From a virus, in IMG/VR virus record IMGVR_UViG_3300045988_111815, positions 80,893 to 144,892 of that record: a stretch of DNA of 64,000 nucleotides, one strand, 5' to 3'. The notes beneath the pieces are model-generated. The model saw only the letters and a list, made by a program, of their open reading frames with translations, searched no databases and was not told the DNA's origin. Both the position numbers and the translations under genes were made by a program. Position 1 is the stretch's first letter; every line of letters begins with the position of its first letter. Of this stretch, positions 10,801 to 20,394 are shown one piece after another.

Positions 10801-13800
10801 GCAGTCTATAATTGATAAACTATATACAGGTAATGCCGATCTTCTTACTGAGAGAGAAAAAGATGTGTATGATAAATACAAACAAGATTTTGATGATTAT
10901 GTATCGTCTTTGGGTGACAGTCCCGTTAATCTCATAAAATCATTATCTGAAAAGGCTGATAGGCTTACAAGTCCGAGATCTGTGTATGAGGATAATAAAG
11001 CTATTATTGATATGGCTAAATCCAATTTGGAACCAGATCAAAGGAAGGAACTTGATGATGCTATTTCTTCGTATGTTGATATAATGAACAGACGGGACAA
11101 AGGGGAGAAAGTTGACGAAGATAAGCTTGCCGATTCGGTATTTACCATAGAAGATCTTGGCCAGGTTGGAAACATCACGGATCTCCTTCCTTATATCGAA
11201 CAAAACAGGATTATTGATAAAGGTCGTATTTCCGAATCTACGTTAAGTAATTTTGGGGAGGATGATGCTAATATAGATTCTCTTGTAAATGAATTAGACG
11301 AATCTGATAATACGCCGGGAGCCAATATAGATAGCGCCCAGAATCCAGAGACGTTGATGGTAAGAAGAATCTCCAATGACGGCAATGAAAGGTATGAAAT
11401 TGCAGGTCTTAGAGCCGATAAATTTATATCTTCTATAAAATCATTGGTTCCTATTCAAATAAGCTCTGAAACGAACGCTAATGGTACTAAAAGGTATTCT
11501 CTTAACATAGGTGGAGAAACGGCTACTATAATTGAACTGCCTTATCATGCGAGATGGTCTATAGACAAAGAATCGGCTCGTGTTCTTAACCGTTACACAG
11601 ATGTGTCTATTCAGGACGTGGGTAATTCATATTCTTTGGTTTATAAGCGTCTTGATTCAGACGAATTGGTTCCGTACAGAACAGGTGTTGGATTCGGAGA
11701 GAATGAAGTAGATAAAATAGATCAGGAAGCATTATCTTCTTTGAAGAAAGGAGATAAGGTTAATCTTGAGATAGATGCAAATGATACCTATAATCAGTCT
11801 CTTTTTGCCGAATACAATGATGCTGTTCAGTCCGGTGATAAAAAAAGAATAGAATCTGCTGAAAATAAGCTGGTATCCAATATGGTTATCAAGGTCATGA
11901 GTGGAAACAGATTCGTTTCTGTTGTAAAAGCTGACACAGGAGGCATAGATGGTATAAGTAAGATAAGAAGAACGGCTTTTAACAAGTGGAAGAAGGACGC
12001 CGGCCGGTCGGCCACCATCAACGTCGGCACGCATGTTGTTGCCCAGACCCTTCCTGGAAGACCGGTGTTTAACATGAGAGTAAACGGTCAAGGATATGGT
12101 CAGGTAGAAAATCTCCCTATTACCGAAAAAGGAGCTGAAAAAGTATCTGATGTCGGATATGTATTAAATGGCAAAGTCGTGCTTAAGAACGGATCTAAAT
12201 ACACAGGCTTCCCATTTGCTTATTCTATATTAAATGACAAGGGGAATAATTACAAAAATGTAAGAGTTCCGGTAGTTGTCATCAAAGGCAAAAACGGTCT
12301 TAATTATCTTTTCCCGGTTAGTCTACGTTCTGTGGAATCAGAGGAAGGAAAGAAATGGATTTCTTTTATAGATATGCTGCTTGAATCAGGTGACTCTGAA
12401 TTGTTACAGATGGGTCAAGATGATATACAAGATCTTAATGCGTATCTAACCAAGTTAGGCCTTGATCCGGCTTCGTATCAAGTATCGTATTTGAATCCTA
12501 TTTCAGGGCTTAGAAAAGCTCGTGAGGCTATAGAAAAATTATCTACGGTTCCTGATGTTGTTAAATGGGTAGAAGATGAAAGCAGGAATGTGAAAGACAT
12601 TGTGATGTCTGAAGTAGAATCTGGAATAGATTTCGAAGGTGAGATGTTTGTCGCTCCTAAGATCAGGATTCAGTTTGGTAAATCATCTTCCAGACCTAAA
12701 TCACTTATAGAAGATGATCTCCCTTTCTCCGATGAGGGTAAGACCGTTACTTCCAAGGAAGATGTGGATATTTACGAAGATGAAATGCCAGAGGAAGACC
12801 CTGTCCGGGGGACTCGGCCGGCGCCACCAGCCCAGCCGGCTCCTGCGGCACAAGCTACGCAGTCCTTACATGGCAAGAAGCGCACCTCCAGAAAAAACTT
12901 CTCTCTTATGTTAAACGAAATAGAATCTCATATAGAAAAAGAAGGATTGCCGTCTTATGCTAATATTTTTGATTTTATAGCAAGGAAGATTGTAGGAGGT
13001 GATTTGAGGTTTCTTCGTGAGAGAGGTAATCCTAAAAGCCTTAAGGAAGAAATGGGATTAGAACCTAAAGGAACAGTAGGTGATAAAATATCCACTCCTT
13101 CTAAAAAGGGAGGTAAGACCTTAGAAGAATATGTTTCTTGGCTTCGTTCTCAAACAGATCAGGTGGTGGTTGATTATGTTGGTCCAAGATCTGACGAACA
13201 AATTATATCAGAGTTGAAAAACTTTTTGAAATATATTAATTTTGTTCCAAGCAAGGCTTTGAATTATTCTCTTAGAGTCAATGGCATGGATGCCCTAAAA
13301 GAATATGGCACAAAAGAGGAAGTAGAAAAAATGGAATCTGACATCAATAGTTTGGTTTCTGAAGTTTTGCCTACGGTAGATAATCAAACTGTAGAAGATG
13401 TTTCTACTGCAATAGAATTAAATAACCTGCCTGCCATATGGAGACCTATGGAAAGCCTTGATATGACAAACGAGGAAAAAATAGAGTTTTTGAATAACGT
13501 AGCAGATTTCCTTAGCGGCATTCCAGAGTATGATGCTGTTGTGGAGTCTATAGAGTCAGAATCAGATAATATTTTAAATGATGGAAAAGAAGGAAGTGCA
13601 GAAGGCGGTGCAGTACGCGCTGAGGAAGATGGCGATAAAAAGGGAGATGGAAAAAGAGAAGGACAACCCAGAGATGATGGCAAAGCTGAGGGAGATGTCT
13701 ATTTACCTGGATCTGAAGAAGGAAGAGTAGATAACTATAAGAAGAACGGAGATAAGTTCTCTGATATTGCCGAAGTTACTTTATGGTTACTTAGAAGGGC

Positions 13801-14506
13801 TGCCGGCATAACCTCTATCCCGGAAGGAGAAGAGGTTTATGTAGAGGGGGATGAAGTTAATAGCATTATGACCGATATGGAATCAAGGTACGGGATAGAC
13901 ACCATCAACCACTCGCATACGACTAAGGCTATAAGGGATCTTAACGGCGTATCAGGTTATAAAGTAGAATACGGCTTAACCTTTTTAACATACGATCCTT
14001 TTATTAGAATATCCAATCCAAGGAAAGAATCTAAGGCCGAGAAAGACGAACCTCGTATATCCGAAGAACCGCTTACTCACATATCAAGGGTAACAACCCC
14101 TTATTTCCTGTACGGCGGTGATGAAGCATATACATCTGTTCCGGCTAAGGTAGAACCTATACCGGAGAAGATAATGGGTCGTAATGGCATTAAATTTGGT
14201 ATGAGTGTAGTCGAGTTAACCAAATTAGGGTACAAAAAAGCTGGTGGAAACTGGATATATAAATTCTATATGAACTCAGGTGTGTATGATTTGTATAATA
14301 TCAGTACCGGTGAAGCGTTTAGGGTAAAACCGGATCTTGGAGTTAAGATAAGTTCCAGTGCATTCATCCGCTCTTTATCTCAATCTGGTAGAAAAATACA
14401 AAATATGATGAGTAATATGAGCCAGGAAGAGATAGATAGAAATAAGAATCTCGTAGAAGGTTCTGATAATTCGGATTCGATAAATGAGTTAAATAAGGAG
14501 TGTTGA
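7865..14506 (+). CDS. Giant protein (2213 aa), candidate virion cargo/ejection protein
   Basis: 6.6-kb uninterrupted ORF. ATG overlaps the upstream stop by 8 nt. Gly-rich, coiled-coil and acidic stretches. Giant internal virion proteins are a hallmark of crAss-like phages. Confidence 0.75.
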   Translation: MADNNIDRYNPAAKTTYEDVARQRKLAEEENYTPATLPETTTPLVPNYMPGEGVYAQPKFPDYASRIAAAEYEEPYIAKEISNSYSEALARNSYRGATPAPPPLNPYGPKVSIRESHQMGNDGVWRTKYSNYIPGINNEDYYARRQSGWSKFWNGVGKFALKSALYGAQGVVSLPDKLINMASEGSYKAALNTNMDKFVGDLDQQIDMLLPHYYKKEVEDYNFGQKLFKDTGNFLWNDVLGNGMSFTVGAMISAYMTGGLGVGSLGNIGAKLGGRIGAKLAARQAANRGIGSLKSVFNDYVRKGVATGRNVGEAAKTMTLLATSAGFESSVEANSFMKQSESDFKDYYRKIYGRDPNAEEMAVFRNSNADVGSAIFAANMGIVGLSNWLLFGKYIGLGGKAIPGLEKRLNKHLFGLGTEVAKPGEMAIKITNPNIGQKIAGNVFNIMKRPVSEGLWEEGSQGAVQNTAEEYVKSRYDNVAMNGAVDVLDAISEGFKKQYTSKEGWTEIGIGAIIGSLFGMREGFFGVKEYSNSQILLERQVNEYNKASSNLNTAALNTLKKSMSLGPQVRSDAQSMTGKELDDAMFEKMSIDNQMGTLEDSAENFRQMIDMMPISEIAEANGMSLEEAKKYKDSIIDNYNNRLSDFRSAQSFAEDLIGDDSKIEFRKYVARNAFLGLQSESRMKDIASVIETLSGQPRVADALSTFSRLSDRARERAMAIRGIRSRIEELESEIEDLATRPRNVEGKDPQAESIQRKTKELESLRTNYNNSLSELSTLIGKEFSIEELVSKTESVLSSPLSPISSQDVIEAYDTLVAFDDYFNVKSRQEKKFTAKDKAMRSLVNEYRRSLMDYRNMNNFLSKMLDKRFLAEENRGFSKALSSLWSTPYKGDDKVPDFAESNKVGEYDTDEVVDQAVSEGKISEDEAWTIKAFMHALDKVREDRMKEAEDDIKESPLTESVSDEDYEAAMDNPIMVPAVRQSIIDKLYTGNADLLTEREKDVYDKYKQDFDDYVSSLGDSPVNLIKSLSEKADRLTSPRSVYEDNKAIIDMAKSNLEPDQRKELDDAISSYVDIMNRRDKGEKVDEDKLADSVFTIEDLGQVGNITDLLPYIEQNRIIDKGRISESTLSNFGEDDANIDSLVNELDESDNTPGANIDSAQNPETLMVRRISNDGNERYEIAGLRADKFISSIKSLVPIQISSETNANGTKRYSLNIGGETATIIELPYHARWSIDKESARVLNRYTDVSIQDVGNSYSLVYKRLDSDELVPYRTGVGFGENEVDKIDQEALSSLKKGDKVNLEIDANDTYNQSLFAEYNDAVQSGDKKRIESAENKLVSNMVIKVMSGNRFVSVVKADTGGIDGISKIRRTAFNKWKKDAGRSATINVGTHVVAQTLPGRPVFNMRVNGQGYGQVENLPITEKGAEKVSDVGYVLNGKVVLKNGSKYTGFPFAYSILNDKGNNYKNVRVPVVVIKGKNGLNYLFPVSLRSVESEEGKKWISFIDMLLESGDSELLQMGQDDIQDLNAYLTKLGLDPASYQVSYLNPISGLRKAREAIEKLSTVPDVVKWVEDESRNVKDIVMSEVESGIDFEGEMFVAPKIRIQFGKSSSRPKSLIEDDLPFSDEGKTVTSKEDVDIYEDEMPEEDPVRGTRPAPPAQPAPAAQATQSLHGKKRTSRKNFSLMLNEIESHIEKEGLPSYANIFDFIARKIVGGDLRFLRERGNPKSLKEEMGLEPKGTVGDKISTPSKKGGKTLEEYVSWLRSQTDQVVVDYVGPRSDEQIISELKNFLKYINFVPSKALNYSLRVNGMDALKEYGTKEEVEKMESDINSLVSEVLPTVDNQTVEDVSTAIELNNLPAIWRPMESLDMTNEEKIEFLNNVADFLSGIPEYDAVVESIESESDNILNDGKEGSAEGGAVRAEEDGDKKGDGKREGQPRDDGKAEGDVYLPGSEEGRVDNYKKNGDKFSDIAEVTLWLLRRAAGITSIPEGEEVYVEGDEVNSIMTDMESRYGIDTINHSHTTKAIRDLNGVSGYKVEYGLTFLTYDPFIRISNPRKESKAEKDEPRISEEPLTHISRVTTPYFLYGGDEAYTSVPAKVEPIPEKIMGRNGIKFGMSVVELTKLGYKKAGGNWIYKFYMNSGVYDLYNISTGEAFRVKPDLGVKISSSAFIRSLSQSGRKIQNMMSNMSQEEIDRNKNLVEGSDNSDSINELNKEC

Positions 14507-14508
14507 GT

Positions 14509-15087
14509 ATGAGAAGGAGATACGAAGATGTTTCAAATCTTGTTCAGTATCAGTTGAAGACCAATCAGCAGGGGGATATAGAGGTTTATGTTGATGACAG
14601 GTTTGTTGGAAACGTAAGTGAAGGAGTCTGTAATTGGAAGGATATTGAATACAAGAGCAAAGTTACTATATCTTTGAAAGGAGTCGAGGATAAGGCTAAA
14701 ACTTTAAGTAAAAGAGTCGGTCCCTATTGTCACATTTATAGCATATTTGGAGGAAATGAATCTTATCATGAAGGTCCGGATAGTAATATAAAAAAGAGTC
14801 CGGTTACCACCTTTATAATGTATTGTTATAAAAATGGGGATATTACAACTACCACCACTTATACTAAAAATTTATCTGGAACTCTTCAGATAGGTAAAAC
14901 ACAATTGACTATCAATTACAAACAAAGTAAAAGTCAGTCTTTTTCTGGTGGTGATAAAGATTATGTAACATCCGTATCTGATTTCCCTTTTGTTACTGGT
15001 CCAGGAGATAATAGCGTTGAGTTTGAAGGAGAGGGAAGATTGATAGTTGAGACAGAGGCTTCGCATTATGAAATAGAAGTTTCTTGA
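14509..15087 (+). CDS. Hypothetical protein (~192 aa), last gene before the IS insertion
   Basis: ATG at 14509 is preceded by AAGGAG. Its stop lies 13 nt from the convergent tnpB stop. The C-terminal codons may overlap IS right-end sequence. Confidence 0.5.
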   Translation: MRRRYEDVSNLVQYQLKTNQQGDIEVYVDDRFVGNVSEGVCNWKDIEYKSKVTISLKGVEDKAKTLSKRVGPYCHIYSIFGGNESYHEGPDSNIKKSPVTTFIMYCYKNGDITTTTTYTKNLSGTLQIGKTQLTINYKQSKSQSFSGGDKDYVTSVSDFPFVTGPGDNSVEFEGEGRLIVETEASHYEIEVS

Positions 15088-16335
15088 CATACTCCCATCG
15101 CTAAAGCAAACGGGATTCTTGGATACAAACGCAAGAAACCCCGATATTACTATCGTTGGAATTACTCTTACTCTCCAATTCGGAAATGCCCTTCCGAAGT
15201 ATATTACGGGCTGCAAGAATATCACGGTCGTTTACCGCTCCGCACGCCGGGCATACCCACGTGCGGTCGCGTAACGACAGTCCTTTATTAATGCAGCCAC
15301 ATTCGCAAGTTTTGGAAGAAGGATACCATTTATTAATCTTGTGTATCGTTACTCCATACTTTGAAGCAACATACGTAAGTTTATCAATAAAAGAAGAATG
15401 ACTGAGATCAGAAACTTTCTTTCCCCACAAACGTTTCATTCCTTCAATGTTTAGATCTTCAATAAAAATATAATCATACTGTTTGCATAACTGGTGTGCT
15501 AATCCCCATTGAAAATCTGATCGAAGATCGTTTATTTTACGATACGTTTGTTGGAGTTCAAACAGTCTCCTTCTTCTATTGTTGGATCCTTTCTTTGCAT
15601 TAGAAATCCGTTTATTTAGTTTTCTAATCTTGTTTTGATATTGTTTAAAGAATAATGGAGAATCGATTTTGCTACCATCGCTTTTAGTTAGATAAGTTTT
15701 CAGCCCAAAATCCAATCCGATAGATGCACCATCATGTGTCTTTCTATAAGAGTTTGAATGATTATGATCTGTAACTATAATCAAACTAAAACGGGAACAG
15801 GTTTCTCTAACTATTCTAATTTGTTTAACATTACCTTCGTAGACTCTACTGTATGAAAATCTAAATCGTTTCTTTCCTTTGTTAATTGTTAGACAATTCC
15901 CATTCAGGGTAAACCCTCCTTGTTTGAAAACAAAAGAGTTAAAACAATCAGCTCTTTTGAACTTAGGAGGTCGTTTAGCCAACTTCTTAAAGAAACGATT
16001 ATAAGATTCATCAAGACGTTCAAGTATTTCTTGTGTTGTTTGAGAATGAAGAAGATTTCTTTTAATTCTTTTGGTAAAATGTTTCTTCATTTTACCAATT
16101 GATATATATTTCCTAAACAGTTTGTAGTATCTACGTTGTAGAGCTAACGCATGATTCCATACAAAACAACATTCACGAAGCATTTTGTCAAGATACTTCG
16201 TTTTCTTGGAATGGTATATGTTGTATTTGTATGAAATCATTTTTATCTGTAATTTTGATTCAAAATTAATCAAACCAATTCATCCACCTTCTAAAGTATG
16301 GTGGTTTTGTTGGTTAAATTATCATAATTTCTATT
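15040..16335 (-). mobile_element. IS200/IS605-family TnpB-only (IS1341-like) insertion element; boundaries approximate
   Basis: Solitary tnpB on the strand opposite the flanking operon. No Y1 (HUH) TnpA is adjacent. The 74-nt upstream spacer contains hairpin CCACC…GGTGG (16284-16304). The 3' coding end contains a perfect palindrome TTCGGAA…TTCCGAA. Exact left/right ends could not be determined by eye. Confidence 0.5.
15101..16273 (-). CDS. tnpB: TnpB (OrfB) RNA-guided endonuclease-type transposon protein, IS605 family (390 aa)
   Basis: RuvC-I: IGLDFGLKTYLT. RuvC-II: IFIEDLNIEGM. Zn finger: CECGC…CPACG. RuvC-III: DRDILAARNI. N-terminal region is OrfB-like (…CFVWNHALALQRRYY…). Confidence 0.85.
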   Translation of the reverse strand: MINFESKLQIKMISYKYNIYHSKKTKYLDKMLRECCFVWNHALALQRRYYKLFRKYISIGKMKKHFTKRIKRNLLHSQTTQEILERLDESYNRFFKKLAKRPPKFKRADCFNSFVFKQGGFTLNGNCLTINKGKKRFRFSYSRVYEGNVKQIRIVRETCSRFSLIIVTDHNHSNSYRKTHDGASIGLDFGLKTYLTKSDGSKIDSPLFFKQYQNKIRKLNKRISNAKKGSNNRRRRLFELQQTYRKINDLRSDFQWGLAHQLCKQYDYIFIEDLNIEGMKRLWGKKVSDLSHSSFIDKLTYVASKYGVTIHKINKWYPSSKTCECGCINKGLSLRDRTWVCPACGAVNDRDILAARNILRKGISELESKSNSNDSNIGVSCVCIQESRLL

Positions 16336-16342
16336 TTTATAC

Positions 16343-16350
16343 TATCTTTG
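16343..16350 (+). promoter_or_regulatory. Bacteroides-type -7 box (TATCTTTG) for the 16369 gene
   Basis: TATCTTTG lies 18 nt upstream of ATG 16369. Confidence 0.45.
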
Positions 16351-16368
16351 TCTAAAATATTTATCACT

Positions 16369-18627
16369 ATGGGTGTCAAATGTCAGATAGAAAAAAAGGA
16401 AAATGAAATAAAACGGGTTAAGGCTCCTAACGGGGAGCCTTCCGTTCTTTACGAAAGTGCTTTAAAAGTATTAGGAAACAGCGAGCGGGCTCTTCAGGTA
16501 TGGGCTAAGGCTTACACTCCTGGTTTTTTGTCGTATTACGGTCATTGGAATAACCCGGCTCCAGGGGAGATGTTTAACACCGATCCCAATGGCGAACCTC
16601 TTTTAGAAGATGTGCTGTCGTATATGAAGCGTCAGACTTATTTTGCTGATCCTTTAACGGCTCAGGATGTTAAGGATGTAAGGGATTTCCTTTTGTCTAC
16701 TCATTATTTTTTCAATGCGTCTTCATTGTCTAATGCTATTCTCTTCGATTTTTATGTAGATGGCAGTTTGATACTGAATGAGCAGAATTTAAGGAGATCC
16801 GGTTTGTATGATGAAACAGAAATAAGTCGTATTTTATCCGATCCTTCTGTTTTAAACGAGGTTTCGACTTCCATGAGAAAGTTAATAGATTCTTCTATTA
16901 ACGAACATGATAGGGAAAAAGATAATTATTTTATGTCTATTGACTATCAGTATGGTCCTATTGTTTACAAGGAGGGAGTGTTTAACCAATTTGGTAAAAA
17001 AGTACCATATAATCCTTCTGAGCTTTATTATGCTATGCGTAAAACAGTAGCCGGCATAAAAAACTTTTCTGAATTTTCATCTGCTTTTGAATCGTTGAGA
17101 AATTCATATCCTGAACTGGTTGAGAAATTCGTTTCTGATAAAGAATTTGCCGAATCTATGTTTGATGAGTTCTCATCTACGAATAAGATTCCGGTAATAA
17201 ACATAGAAGGGGATGATGTGGTGGAAGGCAAGAGAAGATCTTTGTCTAAGCTACAAGATCTTTCTTATTACAATTCCGGCAAAATAGAGTTCCTAAGAGC
17301 TCGTATATCAGCTTATTTACATAGGGCTAATGCCGACACCGAATCCGATTTAAGAAGCATGATATGGGATATAGAAGAGGCTTGTACGTGGTTTGGCATA
17401 GATATAATAGGGACATCGGAAACTTATGATGGCACAGAAGAATCTTTGAATAAGATAGATAATTTGATGCTGGATCTTGATATTTATGTGGCCAGGCATA
17501 ATGATGTAAATTATGCTCCAACGCTGGCATCTTCTATAGATGATGTTCTTGGTGATAGTACAGACTATTATTTTGGATTATTGCCGGAGTATATGGATAA
17601 TTTGAATATCGTTTATTCTGAATCCGATATAGACCCAGTAGAGGCATTTGAGAAACATTCATTGCTTAAGGTAGGAGATAATCTATATCAAAGGATCAGC
17701 AAAGATGATCTTAACGAGATGTATCAAATATCAACAGTATTAGCCAAGCACAACCTAACTCATTTTTCTACTAAAATATATCCTGAATCTTGTTTTAAGA
17801 ACGGCGTTTTGGATAAAGAGAAAGTACGGAACGTAGATAATAATACGCTCATGGCTTCCATTAAAAAATACGTCAGATCGTTCATGGATTCTCAGAACAC
17901 AGAGGACATGATAATGACCAGGATGGCGTTTGGGCACCCTGCGGTACTTGACGTTCCTTACGTGGATGTGGATCGGGAGTATAGTCGATACATGAACAAA
18001 AAACAAGATAGCGAAAACCCATTATCCTTATTCGATTTATACCAATCTTACCTTGACAACAAACTCCATAAAACAAAATTATATGATAATGCCTATAAGT
18101 ATCTTGACTTCAAACCTGGTCCATCTTTGGGTCTTATTTCTGATGATCCTGATATTTTGAAATCAATAGAATTATCTTTATCTGGAAAAGACAGGTTGAT
18201 GTTGTTTGATTATAGCATGACCAGTACCGACCCTTCTTTATCAGAATTGTTTTATTTGGAGAGGTATGACCCTTCGTATGCTGGGAATGATTTTGAACAC
18301 TATTTTTACACCAGGCACCCGTATTTGTTAAAAGAAAAATCGGGTTCTAATATCGTAGAGCAAGATGGTGTTATAACAGCAGAAGGTATTTATGATAATT
18401 TTATAAGAGTAGGTAATAAGATATGGTCTAAAGTAAGCGAGAGTAGTTCCGGCTCTATCTACCAAAATCTGACAGGAACCGAATCGGAGGTGAAATACGA
18501 TTCTACTCAGAAGGCTAAGACGGTAGAAACTGATTACGCTCCATACCAAAACAGATCTGGCTTGACGCAAGACATGACCGTAAGCAAGTCTGAATTGGAT
18601 GATCTTAACAAATTGGAATGCAGGTAA
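16369..18627 (+). CDS. Large hypothetical protein (~752 aa), probable structural protein
   Basis: The ORF track begins at TTG 16348; the likely start is ATG 16369 (MGVKCQ…). No identifiable motif. Confidence 0.65.
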   Translation: MGVKCQIEKKENEIKRVKAPNGEPSVLYESALKVLGNSERALQVWAKAYTPGFLSYYGHWNNPAPGEMFNTDPNGEPLLEDVLSYMKRQTYFADPLTAQDVKDVRDFLLSTHYFFNASSLSNAILFDFYVDGSLILNEQNLRRSGLYDETEISRILSDPSVLNEVSTSMRKLIDSSINEHDREKDNYFMSIDYQYGPIVYKEGVFNQFGKKVPYNPSELYYAMRKTVAGIKNFSEFSSAFESLRNSYPELVEKFVSDKEFAESMFDEFSSTNKIPVINIEGDDVVEGKRRSLSKLQDLSYYNSGKIEFLRARISAYLHRANADTESDLRSMIWDIEEACTWFGIDIIGTSETYDGTEESLNKIDNLMLDLDIYVARHNDVNYAPTLASSIDDVLGDSTDYYFGLLPEYMDNLNIVYSESDIDPVEAFEKHSLLKVGDNLYQRISKDDLNEMYQISTVLAKHNLTHFSTKIYPESCFKNGVLDKEKVRNVDNNTLMASIKKYVRSFMDSQNTEDMIMTRMAFGHPAVLDVPYVDVDREYSRYMNKKQDSENPLSLFDLYQSYLDNKLHKTKLYDNAYKYLDFKPGPSLGLISDDPDILKSIELSLSGKDRLMLFDYSMTSTDPSLSELFYLERYDPSYAGNDFEHYFYTRHPYLLKEKSGSNIVEQDGVITAEGIYDNFIRVGNKIWSKVSESSSGSIYQNLTGTESEVKYDSTQKAKTVETDYAPYQNRSGLTQDMTVSKSELDDLNKLECR

Positions 18628-18669
18628 TTTTTGTATATATATATAGTTTTTTCATAGTTATAATTTGGG

Positions 18670-18700
18670 AAGTGAGGCTTGTGAAAGTCTCACTTTTCTT
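18670..18700 (+). terminator. Stem-loop plus T-tract terminator after the 752-aa gene
   Basis: AAGTGAGG…TCTCACTT hairpin followed by TTTCTT. Confidence 0.45.
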
Positions 18701-18849
18701 ATATATGCACGTATATCAATAACATACAAGAAAAGTTAGATTTTCATTGTTTATGAATTATTTTTGTTAAGTTTGCAATATTAGTTTCAGGAAGGGATTA
18801 TGGAAATAAGGAAAAAGTAAGAACCGAACGTAACTAATAACAGTAGGAA

Positions 18850-19230
18850 ATGAGAATCAGTACCATCAAACGTAACAACAGCATTCATCTTATGTATAAA
18901 AACATTATGAATGATTTAGGTCAATTAAGAACTGTAGTTTCAAAATCCTATATTTATAATCTGTTTGTATGTTCAAAATGTGGCTGTATAGATAATACAG
19001 CCACGTCCTGTTACTGGGCTCTTGTGAGACCTTGTAAGAATCGTGTCTATGATGAGTCGCTAAAGGGATATGAAGGCAAGCCTCTTTGTTCTGAATGTGC
19101 CGCTATTGAATATAGTAAGGGGGACGAATTGGTGGTAGTTCCTGGAACGTGGCATGGTAATTTCAAGAAGGAATGGCCTACTGAAGAAGAAAAGAAGCAT
19201 ATTGGTAAAAACGGTATTTTAAATATGTAA
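18850..19230 (+). CDS. Hypothetical Cys-rich protein (126 aa)
   Basis: ORF with CxxC…C…C residues. A TAAGTTTG (TAnnTTTG) box lies at 18768-18775. Confidence 0.5.
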   Translation: MRISTIKRNNSIHLMYKNIMNDLGQLRTVVSKSYIYNLFVCSKCGCIDNTATSCYWALVRPCKNRVYDESLKGYEGKPLCSECAAIEYSKGDELVVVPGTWHGNFKKEWPTEEEKKHIGKNGILNM

Positions 19231-19233
19231 ATT

Positions 19234-19539
19234 ATGTGTGATAAGGAAATTGTTGTATGCGCAGCTATATGGGTTCAAGATCACAAGAACAAGCCTCACG
19301 GTCCAGTAAATATACCATCTGGAACCGTATTTTGTGGATTGAGACACTGTTCTATAATATCGCAACTTGCGGCATACGGTATAGCCCATAAAAACCGCAG
19401 TGTTCAAGGATTTTTGACAAGCAAGAATCGGTTTTTAACAAGAGAGGAAGCGTCTGAACTTGTTAGAAACAATAATCAGGAGATGGTGGTAGATAGGAAT
19501 GCCATTAGAGAACAGTTGTATTCAGAAGATTTGTATTAA
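19234..19539 (+). CDS. Hypothetical protein (101 aa)
   Basis: ORF 4 nt after the upstream stop. Confidence 0.45.
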   Translation: MCDKEIVVCAAIWVQDHKNKPHGPVNIPSGTVFCGLRHCSIISQLAAYGIAHKNRSVQGFLTSKNRFLTREEASELVRNNNQEMVVDRNAIREQLYSEDLY

Positions 19540-19556
19540 CTAAAAAATAAAACAAT

Positions 19557-19907
19557 ATGGGATTTATAATCAGAAAGTCAATATTTTATGATATGATGGA
19601 CGGCAATCAATTAGAGTATGAATTTGACAACAGGGATTTAGATCATATCACATTTAAAGGTGATGGTAAAGAATCTTTTTCATTTAACAGAGCACTTGTT
19701 GAAAATTTAATTGAGACATTTGAAATCATGCAGAATATATACTCCGATAATTATAGGCTTAAGGTTTATACTGGTAATTGCATAATTCAATTGAACGTAA
19801 ATCCAAAGGACCCCAGTGAATCCTTTTTTGACGTATATGATAGAGATGAGATGAAATTGATATACGGAATAAAGATCAGTATTCTGAAAGAAATGTTTAT
19901 CATATGA
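19557..19907 (+). CDS. Hypothetical protein (116 aa)
   Basis: ORF in the operon. Confidence 0.45.
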   Translation: MGFIIRKSIFYDMMDGNQLEYEFDNRDLDHITFKGDGKESFSFNRALVENLIETFEIMQNIYSDNYRLKVYTGNCIIQLNVNPKDPSESFFDVYDRDEMKLIYGIKISILKEMFII

Positions 19908-20221
19908 TTACTAAACAAGACATACAAGCAGCAGCATCGTATATTTTCCGAAGCAGTTTTGTCTCGGAGGACCAGGCAAGGAAAGCAATGGTAAAAGCCG
20001 GCAATAACGCTACCAAGATCCTCGTCAAGACCTTTAGAGGCAAGTTGTTCAAGAAAGCTTTTGAAAGAGCCCGTAGAGGAAAGGATATCAGTTCTTTTGA
20101 AAGACAGGAAAAAGAAAGTGGTTTCAATTTTCTACATAATCCTAATAATGGTCGTATGCAAAGCGGTCATATTATAACAGATGGAATTGGTCTGTTTAAA
20201 CAAATAATTCATGAAAGGTAA
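19904..20221 (+). CDS. Hypothetical basic protein (105 aa)
   Basis: ATGA overlap with the upstream gene. Confidence 0.4.
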   Translation: MITKQDIQAAASYIFRSSFVSEDQARKAMVKAGNNATKILVKTFRGKLFKKAFERARRGKDISSFERQEKESGFNFLHNPNNGRMQSGHIITDGIGLFKQIIHER

Positions 20222-20383
20222 AAAAGTTGATATTCGTTTAGGCAGAGGTCTGGCGAATCAGATTAAGATAAACAAAACCATCCCAGTGTCTCATAAACCA
20301 AAAGAAGAACGTCGAATGATGTTTATTTGTGGTGATGATATTGCTTCTCTTATAAAGCGGTTTGAAAACGAATCAAAGTAATA
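20210..20383 (+). CDS. Small hypothetical protein (57 aa), not in the ORF track
   Basis: ATG overlaps the upstream stop (cATGAAAGGTAA): MKGKKVDIRLGRGLANQIKINK…. Confidence 0.35.
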
Positions 20384-20394
20384 TAAAGTAGGAC

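Noticed and set aside
2018-14506. Numerous 60-190-aa minus-strand ORFs nested in the giant plus-strand genes (for example 2018..2326, 3968..4531, 11732..12091, 13384..13683)
   Set aside because: They are antisense to long, clearly coding ORFs. Their Ser/Leu/Phe/Ile-rich low-complexity translations are typical of the non-coding frame of AT-rich genes.
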